Part shown: in pieces, positions 1 to 8,730 of the stretch
Layout: every line of letters starts with the position of its first letter
How positions within the stretch are numbered: position 1 is the first letter of the stretch
Assembly: GCA_030141605.1 (NCBI GenBank)
Contig: JAQGDQ010001843.1
Location: 1-23,526, forward strand
Direction of reading: 5' to 3'
Origin: Tubiluchus corallicola
Taxonomy: Eukaryota; Animalia; Priapulida
Length of the DNA: 23,526 nt
Translations under genes and position numbers: made by a program
The notes under the pieces: model-generated
What the model saw: the letters and a program-made list of their open reading frames with translations, nothing else
Told to the model about the DNA's origin: nothing
The model's database searches: none

Positions 1-454
1 TTTGCTGCTAATGTTTATAATTACTCCACTGTGACCTAGTAAGCCAAGGAAAGAGAATAAATAACAAAAGGGAATTACCAGACGGCACTATTTCCCACAT
101 TTATAACTAAGAAAGAAACCTTTAATTGGGGCATTTGTATATACTGTAAGATCTAAATTTTTAAAACATCAGTATATATTAGTTCACATTGTTACTGTGC
201 TTGGATTTTCAATGACAGCTCAAATGCAAACAAGGCCTAGATGTGCTCTTTTAGATGCAAAAATTCTCTCTAATGATCATGATAAATACCAGAGGTTAAT
301 TAGAGATTTTGCATATTGCGTAATGATTTTAATAGCGGCAAACGTATTTTCCTGGCTTTGATTTTTGACAATCTTAGTAACATCGTATTAGCTATACGTA
401 AATTTAACATAGTATCATTAATGTACCAGCTTATGTATGTATACTTATAATTAA

Positions 455-1003
455 AAGAAGACAGGATCATTTTTTATATATTACCCCATTTTGAAATACG
501 GCAAAAACTATATATTTTAAAACCTATAATAAGGCCAACGTGTATCTAATATGTAAATAACAGATTAGAAACTCAATTAACGAGCCCAGGTGAAGATGTC
601 ATCACCTGTGAACATAATTTTAAACAGCACGAACATTCCATGTTTGCTAAATCGAAAATTGAAACTTTGCAAATTTTAAATTTAAAAATTTAAATTTTAA
701 GTTTACTGTTGTGCTCACGCATGAGGTTCTCGAACGTGTGCACAACTGAACACCTGTGAACTGAGAGGTACAACACCTGTTTTTGTGCAATGTGTTTCCG
801 AGGTGCAGGCGCTAGTGCACGTCTAACTAGCAAAAGGCGAAATGCATGTAACAGCGAAGAATTAGCCTCGCGCACGCGAAATGAAATTTTTGCGCTAACA
901 ATTCATTCGCTTAAGTTATTCTTGAAAAAAGAATGTGTTTTCTCTCAATATTTTATAGATGAAATTGTTTTGAGCTGTAGTTAAAAGAGAGTCTGGCTTT
1001 CCT
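455..1003. mobile_element. Non-autonomous DNA transposon (MITE-like), Kolobok-like, copy 1
   Basis: Aligns along its whole length, in inverted orientation, with 12749-13371 (e.g. GAAGACAGGATCATTTTTTATATATTACCCCATTTT; GAACTGAGAGGTACA; GTCTAACTAGC). Flanked by TTAA (451-454) and degenerate TGAA (1004-1007). Confidence 0.7.
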
Positions 1004-1080
1004 TGAAGTAAAAAAATTGTCTGCAACTAGAGGCCAATTTATGTAAATATATTTTAAAATAAAACAATAATAATAATGTA

Positions 1081-1157
1081 ATCATCATCGTCGTCGTCGT
1101 CGTCGCCGTCATCATCATCGTCATCACCATCATCATCATCATCATCATCATCATCAT
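1081..1157. repeat. (CAT)n/(CGT)n compound microsatellite
   Basis: Direct reading of the trinucleotide runs. Confidence 0.95.
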
Positions 1158-1956
1158 TTGAGAATAATTCAACTGAGGCGTAGTTAGTTTACATGTCACT
1201 TTAAAATCAATATTAGGTAAAAATTAATCAAAATAAATTGCAGCTGCTGTTGCTTCAAATACCGTAGAAATGTATTTAACAGACAATTTATTAGAAAAGC
1301 ACTCATTGTGGTTTTCAGTTGTAATAATAATTAATTTACTCATTTCCTTTACAAAAGATACGTTCAGATGAAAAAGTCAATCTAAATTAAATAAAATGTA
1401 GAGAAGGTAAATTAGAGTAAGCTATAGACCCCCCCCCCCGGGAGAGGACTGCGATCTTGATCATGAAATTTGTAACCCCTAAAATATTAATTATAACTAA
1501 TATAATCCTATATAACCAAGGTTAAGCATGACGTCATCACTAGAAAATCGTGACTTTTGTGGCACTCAATACAATGCCTTACGTTCGCGAAACCGTGTTA
1601 TTTTTTACGTAGCATTCAGTGCCGTTTGTCTTTCATGTGTTGTTTGTCTTATCATGTGTTGTTTGTTCTGCATTTGTTGTACCACATAAGAGTACGAATA
1701 AATGATATAAGTAAAAAATGGTTATTTAAAAAATAAATAAGCCTAAAGATTTCATCGATGTTCTAAATGGCTGCTCATTAGCTAAAGTAATGAGTGCGCT
1801 GATGTTTGAGGTGTTCAGATGACAAAACGTGTTCTAGTTTTCAATTATCTCATTAGCAGATAATTAATGAATTAATCATTTAGCTCAATCGAAAGTTTGA
1901 TTATTCTTGAAAAGTACGACGGCATTCACCCAAAATAAAGTTAGAGAAACTACGAT

Positions 1957-2139
1957 ATATAAAATCAGATATGGGAAGACAGAAAATAAAAGGGAAGGAA
2001 AAGAGGGTAGAAGTGACAATAAAAAGGTTAAAATAGCATAAATGGAAATATATAATCAGATATGGGAAGACAGAAAATAAAAGGGAAGGAAAAGAGGGTA
2101 GAAATGACAATAAAAAGGTTAAAATAGCATAAATGGAAA
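1957..2139. repeat. Tandem duplication of a ~91-bp purine-rich unit (2 near-identical copies), followed by a purine-rich low-complexity tract to ~2420
   Basis: TCAGATATGGGAAGACAGAAAATAAAAGGGAAGG...GCATAAATGGAAA occurs at 1965 and again at 2056. Confidence 0.9.
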
Positions 2140-3138
2140 GGATACAGCTAAGTAAGGAGGAAGGACAAGAAAAAATGAAAAGGGTCAGGGAAAAATAATG
2201 AAATAAGAAAGAAATAACGAAAGATGAGACAGAAAGTAAGAAAAAAGAAGGAAGGAAGAAAGGACGAAAATGGACGGATAGAATAAATTGATGAAGAAAG
2301 AAAAAAGGGTGAATGAAATGAAGGAGTGAACAAGCAAGAAACAAAGAAAGAATGGCATGAGCAAATAAAGAACAAAATGGATAAATGACGAATGAGGAAT
2401 GAATGGAAAGAATCAAAACCAGAACATGCGCCGATTTTAATTTGCGCAGCTTAAAAAGCGCGTTACCAGAAATTCGTAATTTGCTGTTCGTTTTGCACGC
2501 ATGCGTGCTAACAATAACAGAATTAGCCAGTCTGAGTTTACTACAACTTATCAATTATTACAATCTTCCAAAAAGCTGATAGTACAATGACTGTAGATTA
2601 CAATTAATTAATTATATTAATTTGCAGTTCGACATTTTATGTACCTTTAGGCTACGTCTTGATACAGTGATGTAACTTAGCCTGTAGACTTATACAGTTA
2701 AAGGGGTAAAAAAGGGAATTCTAAAGTACATCACAAAGATATTTCCATACGAAGTTATGTTACTGAACATTGTGCTGACCTGTCTGAAGGCGAATTTCAT
2801 GAATTTTTTATTTATTTGGATTTTTTTTATTTGGCTGATTTGTACAAACATACACATCATATACTTTGTCAAAATAGATACACACATTTCAGAACAGCAA
2901 TAAAAATAATACATTGACGAAGGGTTAGTGTAAATCAACCTCGGGAGGAGGAGGAACGTAAGCTTTGGGTTGTTGCAAGTAATCAGTTTAGAGGGAATCT
3001 CGTTTCGATGCTGTTACGTTTTCAGAAAACACGTCATCCCGATTGATGCCATTCCTGTCCACTGTTACCGCCCACGATGTATCATCCCTCAAATCTAGAG
3101 TTGCGTTTACTCAATATTTTTGTAATAAATCTATATAT

Positions 3139-3304
3139 CATCATCATCATCATCATCATACGCCCGTCACGTCTATTGTAGACATTGGGCAGGCAGAATT
3201 CTAAAATAAAAGAAATCTGCCTTCAGACAGGTAAACGCAGCAGTAATCCAGCAGAAAAACTAGACACTGCTACGCCAGTGGCTTGTCAGCACCATTTCCG
3301 TTAA
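3139..3304 (-). mobile_element. Short retroposon insertion (5'-truncated SINE or LINE 3' end) with (TGA)n tail
   Basis: Perfect 12-bp direct repeat AAATCTATATAT at 3127-3138 and 3305-3316. (CAT)n at 3139-3159 is the minus-strand tail. Terminal stem-loop GCCC..GTCTA/TAGAC..GGGC at 3162-3190. Confidence 0.8.
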
Positions 3305-3849
3305 AAATCTATATATGTCAGTAGCTGACCTCCTCTCGGCTTTTTGTCGTTTCAAGAGCTTTACGTACTGCTATAGGAACAGCAGATTCTCGAGGTAATC
3401 TTAGTGCATGCCCAATCCAATGCAATCCTTTTATTTGTATTTGTTTACTCCAAGAATTCTTCGTGACCACTTTATACGGATCATCATTGGATATTCTGTC
3501 AGGCCATTTTATATCGAGTAGTTTCCTATAAAGACGTTTTTAAAAACCTTCTGATGCTTAACTTAAAAGTTAAGGTAATTTAAAAGTTAGATTAAGGTCA
3601 AAGTTAAGGTCATTCAAAAGAGATACTCTAAAAGTTGGTGAATACGTAGAAATAAAACATGAAAAACAGCATTAAAACACATACAAAGTTCAAGTAAATT
3701 CAAAACGATTTTACTAACGATGTACAGTAGAAATGCACAGTTTAAGAAGAATACCGAGACAAAAGATGATCAGAAATATACTTTTAAAACAAGCGCATTG
3801 GATAGTAGTAGTAGTACATAGTTTATTGACTACAAATACTATGATTGAT

Positions 3850-4110
3850 ACAAAAACTGGGGTAGCAGAAGATAATAAAATCTACAATCCATCATTTTTT
3901 TCAAGAATTTATCACAGGTGGATCACATTAGTATGTACAATAAAATAGTTGTACTAACTCTATACTATTAAAAAATGGTTATACATTTTAGTTTGATATC
4001 TTAAGCGAGTAGTAAACATTAATAAAACCACTGTTAGTTTTGAAAAGTTTGTAACACTTGTTTTTGACAGTGGGTATTTGTGCCCAGAGTTGAATACTGG
4101 TGTATGAAGG
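3850..4110 (-). pseudogene. Possible fossil LINE ORF2 C-terminus (I/Nimb-like)
   Basis: Minus-strand pieces in different frames read WAQIPTVKNKCYKLF, TRLRYQT and TCDKF...VDFIIFCYP. These loosely follow the W..NKL / TRLR / zinc-knuckle order of I-group LINEs and are heavily degenerate. Confidence 0.25.
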
Positions 4111-4657
4111 GTTACGATCATCATAAATAGCGTGAGCAGCAGCAGGATAGAAATTGGCAACCTTGTGTAAGAAAGTAAATGTGTTTTCTTACGCTTTAAG
4201 TGAAAATTCACCCGCATTATACCCAACTTCACGCCTATAGTTATAAATTAAAAAAGAAATAAACTCGGACTTCGAAGATGGAACGCGACATATCGTTGCT
4301 GTATTTATTAACTGTTTCATGTCAAAAGTAAATATCATCGAGTGGCGCTATTGTCTAGGTCGAAGCCGATGGTTCAGAACATCATAAGGTCGAGTTCGGA
4401 GATCGGATCTACCTGTCGCTCCCGTCTCGCAAACGGGCGCATGCACAGTTACAGCTGGGTTCATCCCAGTGTGATCATAGCTTACCCTCTATTACCTATT
4501 CTGTGGTTCTCCAGTTCACAGCTGGCTGCACGATGCACCTAGTGGCTTACAACAGTGAAGGGCTGATCGTTGAAAAGGATAAGCCCTTGCTGAGGCAACA
4601 TTTGCTTGACTGAAGAAGCAAGGATCTACCCTAACTCTCCCCAATAAACTCAGTGTT

Positions 4658-4668
4658 ACCAAATGTAT
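4658..4668 (+). repeat. Left target-site duplication of the RTE element (ACCAAATGTAT)
   Basis: Identical to 8720-8730. Confidence 0.95.
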
Positions 4669-4949
4669 GGTGTCTAAAGGTCTTGGTATTGCCGGAGCTG
4701 GCCACTCGGGGATGAGCTCCCAGTGACCTACAAAGTGGCTCCAAGAGGCTTGTGCAACTCTACCACCTCTGCCAGACAAACTCCTACGCTCTGCCTCCTC
4801 GTGGCGACACTGGTTTTACTAAATGAGCTAGGTGTGAAAGCGAGCTATTGGCGCTATAACCGATAAAAATGCTTGCGGGATGCCTACACTGTATCTCGAC
4901 ACTAGGCGGAGGAGCTGCATAAGCAGCCAACGGCTAGAGGGCGGAGGAG
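4669..4949 (+). ncRNA. HDV-like self-cleaving ribozyme (predicted) at the 5' end of the RTE element
   Basis: P1 GGUGUC 4669-4674 / GACACU 4806-4811 with a G1-U wobble. P2 CUCCUACGCUCU 4781-4792 / AGGGCGGAGGAG 4938-4949 (11 of 12 paired). P3 GCC 4793-4795 / GGC 4803-4805 closing L3 UCCUCGU. P1.1 GG 4812-4813. J4/2 GGCUAG with candidate catalytic C4934. The predicted cut site coincides with the TSD boundary. Confidence 0.82.
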
Positions 4950-5321
4950 GTCAAGCGACCCAACGGCCATGTGTAGAGGAGTAAACCTTCCAAATCAGGA
5001 GTGGAGCCCCGAAGGCGGACCAGTGCAGCATGCTCACTGACTCCGGCAGCTCCTGCAGCCAACCTGGTGCCAAACGTATCGCCCCGCTTTCCTTTGGACT
5101 ACACCAGGGAGGAAGAGAGGGGGTTCCTGATGTCTGGGCAACTCAGGATCTCCATATATCTTGCCCAGGCGTGCGCCCTGGAGAGGCCACTTCAGTGTCA
5201 CTGCTTCAGTGACAGAAACAACACGGGAGGCAGCAGTTACGAGTTATAAGCCTAGAGCGAATTGGCGTGAGCTCGGGCGCTACGGGTTGCCTCCGACGGT
5301 GGGAGGGATCATCGCATCCCA

Positions 5322-5432
5322 ATGGTCGGCTACCGCCCGCCTAAGCTGGGCAGCCCCCAGCCAATTAGGTGCCGACCCGTCACGGTTGCCTGCTCCAATG
5401 GGTGCTTGGAGCTTAGGATAAACTCCGAATAG
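5322..5432 (+). other. 36-codon upstream ORF in frame with the RTE ORF, ending at TAG 5430-5432
   Basis: ATG at 5322 gives MVGYRPPKLGSPQPIRCRPVTVACSNGCLELRINSE*, in the same frame as 5433-8669. Confidence 0.6.
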
Positions 5433-8400
5433 CATACCGCAAAGCCTGCACCAAGCAAAAAGAAAAGAAAGAAATTAAAGCCGCCAGCGCTTAGACTGGC
5501 AGCCTGGAATGTTAGGACCTTATGTCCTGGGATCGCCAATGATCCAAGTCAGATTGGCGATGCAAGGAAAACAGCCATCATCAACAATGAACTCAAGCGG
5601 CTCAACATCGATATTGCCGCGCTGCAGGAAACCAGACTTCCATCCAATGGCAGCTTAAAGGAAGAGGACTATACATTCTTCTGGCAAGGAAGGGCACCAG
5701 AGGAGCACCGCATGCATGGCGTGGGTTTTGCAGTGAGGAACTCTCTGCTCTCTGCTATCGAACCACCTTCAGAGGGCACTGCTCGTACCCTTTCTCTTCG
5801 CCTCACAACCACCACAGGGCCCGTAAATATCCTAAGCGTTTATGCTCCAACGCTCCTAGCGACTGCAGAAAATAAAGATGAATTCTACGCCGAGCTTGAG
5901 ACCGCCATCAAAAATATTCCCGCATCTGAGTACTTGTTCCTGCTTGGAGACTTCAACGCTCGGACCGGCTCCGACCAGTCCCACTGGCCCCGCTGTATTG
6001 GTCATTTTGGTGTTGGCAAACTGAACGAAAACGGGCAAAGATTACTGGAATTGTGCTCATATCATGATTTATGCATCACGAATACATTCTTCCCCACAAA
6101 GCCCATCCACAGAGTGTCCTGGTGTCACCCCAGATCTCGCCACTGGCACCAATTGGATCTCGTCATTACTCGAAGATCCTCGCTAAACTGTGTCAACAAC
6201 ACACGCAGCTACCATAGCGCAGATTGCGACACGGACCACTCAATGGTCGCCAGCAAGGTACGTCTACAACCAAAACGTATCCATCATTCAAAGCCAAAAG
6301 GACGACCTCGCATTAACACTGCCAAGTTCGCAGTTCCTGAGCTAGTAAAACGCTATACTGATACCATGAAAGAAGCCCTCAAGGACCACCCAACCGGTAA
6401 CGCAGATGAAAGATGGAGTCACATACGCGATGTAACTTACAAGTCTGCTCTCAACACCTTCGGAAAAAGAGAGAGAGTGAACCCAGACTGGTTTGAAGCT
6501 GGAATCATGGACATTGAGCCAGCTATTTCCCACAAAACGACTGCTCTCCTCAGTTACAAAGCAAATCCTAGTGAAAGCACACTCGCAGTTCTCAGGAAGG
6601 CCAGAAGCGACGTACAGCGGATTGCCCGGCAGTGCGCAAACAATTACTGGCAGTCTATATGCCTGAGTATCCAAACGTCAGCTGACCGTGGTAATATTCG
6701 CGGCATGTATGAGGGAATGAAGAAGGCCTTTGGCCCCAGTATCACCAAGATTGCCCCTGTGAAGTCCACCACTGGAGAAATCATCACTGACCGTGCCAAA
6801 CAAATGGAGAGATGGGCAGAACACTACCAAAAGCTGTTCTCAAGACAAACCACTGTCACAGAAAGAGCTGTGGAATACACGACCCCCTTGCCAGTCATGG
6901 AGGAGCTCGACGATCCACCTACCAGTGAGGAGCTCATCAAAGCTATCGACTCTCTGGCGAACGGCAAAGCTCCTGGAAGTGATGGTATACCCCCAGAGGC
7001 CATTAAAGCAGGTAAACAAACCTGTCTCCTCGAGCATTTGCACGACCTCCTTTTACAATGCTGGGATGAAGGTACTGTGCCTCAGGACATGCGTGATGCC
7101 AACATCATTACCCTTTACAAAAATAAAGGCGATCGGAGCGATTGCAACAACTATCGCGGAATATCCCTCCTCTCCACCGTGGGAAAGACCTTTGCCCGCG
7201 TGCTACTAAACAGACTCCACCGTCTCGCCGAACGGGTTTACCCAGAAGCACAATGCGGTTTCAGGGCAGAGAGATCCACCATCGACATGATATTCTCTCT
7301 AAGACAGCTCCAGGAAAAATGCCGCGAACAACGACGGCCCCTGTATATAGCATTCATTGACTTGACCAAAGCATTTGATTTGGTTAGCAGATCGGGCCTG
7401 TTTACACTCCTGCAGAGAATTGGATGCCCCCCAAAGCTGCTGAGACTGATTACTTCCTTCCACGAGGAAATGAAAGGTACTGTTCAGTCCGACGGCTCTT
7501 CCTCACACCCATTCCCAATCAAAAGCGGAGTTAAACAAGGATGTGTCCTCGCCCCAACCTTCTTTGGTATCCTGTTCTCTCTGCTGCTGCGCTATGCATT
7601 TAAAGAAACTGAAGAGGGAGTCTATTTACACACACGAAGCGACGGCAGCCTGTTCAACCTCTCTCGTCTCCGAGCAAAGTCACGGGTTCGCAAAGTTCTC
7701 ATTCGTGAAATGCTGTTTGCAGATGATGCCGCAATGACAGCTCACACTGAAGCTGGCCTCCAAGGCCTCATTGACAACTTTGCCCATGCCTGCAGTGAGT
7801 TTGGCCTCACAATCAGCATCCAAAAGACCAAGGTTTTAGGCCAAAATGTTTCCCCAGCCCCTCACATCTCCATCGATGACTGCTGCCTTGACGTGGTGGA
7901 AGATTTCACCTATCTTGGTTCTGTTATTTCCAGCAATCTTAGCTTGGCCACAGAACTGAACTCCAGAATCGGCAAGGCCTCATCAACGATGGCTCGCTTA
8001 ACAAAGAGGGTGTGGGAAAACAACATGCTGACTATCAGGACAAAGTCCCAGGTGTACCAAGCCTGTGTACTGAGCACACTGTTGTACGGGAGCGAGAGTT
8101 GGACTCTGTATAGCCATCAAGAACGCAGGCTCAATGCTTTCCACCAACGCTGCCTCAGAAGAATCCTGGGCATCTCATGGCAGGAGCACATAACCAACAA
8201 GGATGTGCTAGCAAAAGCTGGAATCCCTAGCATGTATGCCATACTCACCAACAGACGTCTGCGCTGGCTAGGCCATGTTTCCCGCATGCAGGACGGCAGA
8301 TTGCCCAAGGACATTCTGTACGGTGAGCTTGCTACTGGCTCCCGACCCACCGGGAGGCCACTGCTCCGCTACAAAGATGTATGTAAACGGGACCTCAAGG

Positions 8401-8669
8401 CAGGCGGCATGACACCAGCAAATTACGAGGCGCTTGCGGCAGATCGAAGCAACTGGAAATCTGCTGTTAGGACAGCCATTAACAGAGCGGAGAAAACGAG
8501 AGAGGAAAAACAAGAGGATAAAAGGACTCGCAGGCACCAGAAAGATGCCCTACCTCATCCGGATGAAACAGCCTTCCAATGTGTAACCTGCAGCCGGAAC
8601 TGCCGCTCAAGGATCGGACTGCTCAGTCACAGTCGACGCTGCAGCTCCATCAATTTTATTAATAACTGA
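5433..8669 (+). CDS. RTE ORF: apurinic-like endonuclease + reverse transcriptase + C-terminal CCHC-type zinc finger (open frame of 1078 codons; first internal ATG at 5712)
   Basis: EN motifs AWNVRTL, ALQETR, VYAPT, LGDFNAR, LD and TDH. RT motifs KAPGSDG, NYRGISLL, QCGFR, FIDLTKAFD, GVKQGCVLAP, FADD and YLGS. C-terminal CVTC-x12-HSRRC. No stop or frameshift from 5433 to 8669. The true start is uncertain. Confidence 0.95.
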   Translation, partial: HTAKPAPSKKKRKKLKPPALRLAAWNVRTLCPGIANDPSQIGDARKTAIINNELKRLNIDIAALQETRLPSNGSLKEEDYTFFWQGRAPEEHRMHGVGFAVRNSLLSAIEPPSEGTARTLSLRLTTTTGPVNILSVYAPTLLATAENKDEFYAELETAIKNIPASEYLFLLGDFNARTGSDQSHWPRCIGHFGVGKLNENGQRLLELCSYHDLCITNTFFPTKPIHRVSWCHPRSRHWHQLDLVITRRSSLNCVNNTRSYHSADCDTDHSMVASKVRLQPKRIHHSKPKGRPRINTAKFAVPELVKRYTDTMKEALKDHPTGNADERWSHIRDVTYKSALNTFGKRERVNPDWFEAGIMDIEPAISHKTTALLSYKANPSESTLAVLRKARSDVQRIARQCANNYWQSICLSIQTSADRGNIRGMYEGMKKAFGPSITKIAPVKSTTGEIITDRAKQMERWAEHYQKLFSRQTTVTERAVEYTTPLPVMEELDDPPTSEELIKAIDSLANGKAPGSDGIPPEAIKAGKQTCLLEHLHDLLLQCWDEGTVPQDMRDANIITLYKNKGDRSDCNNYRGISLLSTVGKTFARVLLNRLHRLAERVYPEAQCGFRAERSTIDMIFSLRQLQEKCREQRRPLYIAFIDLTKAFDLVSRSGLFTLLQRIGCPPKLLRLITSFHEEMKGTVQSDGSSSHPFPIKSGVKQGCVLAPTFFGILFSLLLRYAFKETEEGVYLHTRSDGSLFNLSRLRAKSRVRKVLIREMLFADDAAMTAHTEAGLQGLIDNFAHACSEFGLTISIQKTKVLGQNVSPAPHISIDDCCLDVVEDFTYLGSVISSNLSLATELNSRIGKASSTMARLTKRVWENNMLTIRTKSQVYQACVLSTLLYGSESWTLYSHQERRLNAFHQRCLRRILGISWQEHITNKDVLAKAGIPSMYAILTNRRLRWLGHVSRMQDGRLPKDILYGELATGSRPTGRPLLRYKDVCKRDLKAGGMTPANYEALAADRSNWKSAVRTAINRAEKTREEKQEDKRTRRHQKDALPHPDETAFQCVTCSRNCRSRIGLLSHSRRCSSINFINN

Positions 8670-8684
8670 CTCTCTTGGCGCACA

Positions 8685-8711
8685 ATCCATTGTCTTTCGA
8701 GACAGAAGGAT
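8685..8711 (+). other. 3'-UTR stem-loop of the RTE element (putative RT recognition signal)
   Basis: TGTCT-TTCG-AGACA at 8691-8704, extended by ATCC 8685-8688 / GGAT 8708-8711. Confidence 0.65.
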
Positions 8712-8719
8712 GCCAACAC

Positions 8720-8730
8720 ACCAAATGTAT
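8720..8730 (+). repeat. Right target-site duplication of the RTE element (ACCAAATGTAT)
   Basis: Identical to 4658-4668. Confidence 0.95.

Larger units (their letters stand above)
4669..8719 (+). mobile_element. Full-length RTE-clade (RTE/BovB-like) non-LTR retrotransposon, 4051 bp
   Basis: Single APE-endonuclease + RT ORF, ~760-nt structured 5' leader, ~50-nt 3' UTR with a hairpin and short CAACAC end, perfect 11-bp TSD, and visibly higher GC than the flanks. Confidence 0.95.

Noticed and set aside
981-1199. Poly-Met/Thr ORF (also 18038-18337)
   Set aside because: Translation of (ATG)n microsatellites.
1528-1537. Perfect CRE palindrome ATGACGTCAT
   Set aside because: A single short motif with no promoter context, plausible by chance in 23 kb.
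1901-2554. 217-aa Phe/Leu/Ser-rich ORF resembling a membrane protein
   Set aside because: Reverse complement of a purine-rich low-complexity tract that lacks stops for compositional reasons.
4360-4410. tRNA/SINE-like AAGGTCGAGTTCGGAG
   Set aside because: Poor B box, no clear A box and no cloverleaf.
5001-5421. Short ORFs in the RTE leader as a possible ORF1
   Set aside because: Under 90 aa with no recognisable motif. The region is better explained by RNA structure.
5712-5714. ORF-track ATG as the true start of the RTE protein
   Set aside because: It would omit the WNVRTL and LQETR endonuclease motifs encoded in frame upstream.
5856-8537. Overlapping and antisense ORFs inside the RT gene
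   Set aside because: Shadow ORFs expected in GC-richer coding sequence.
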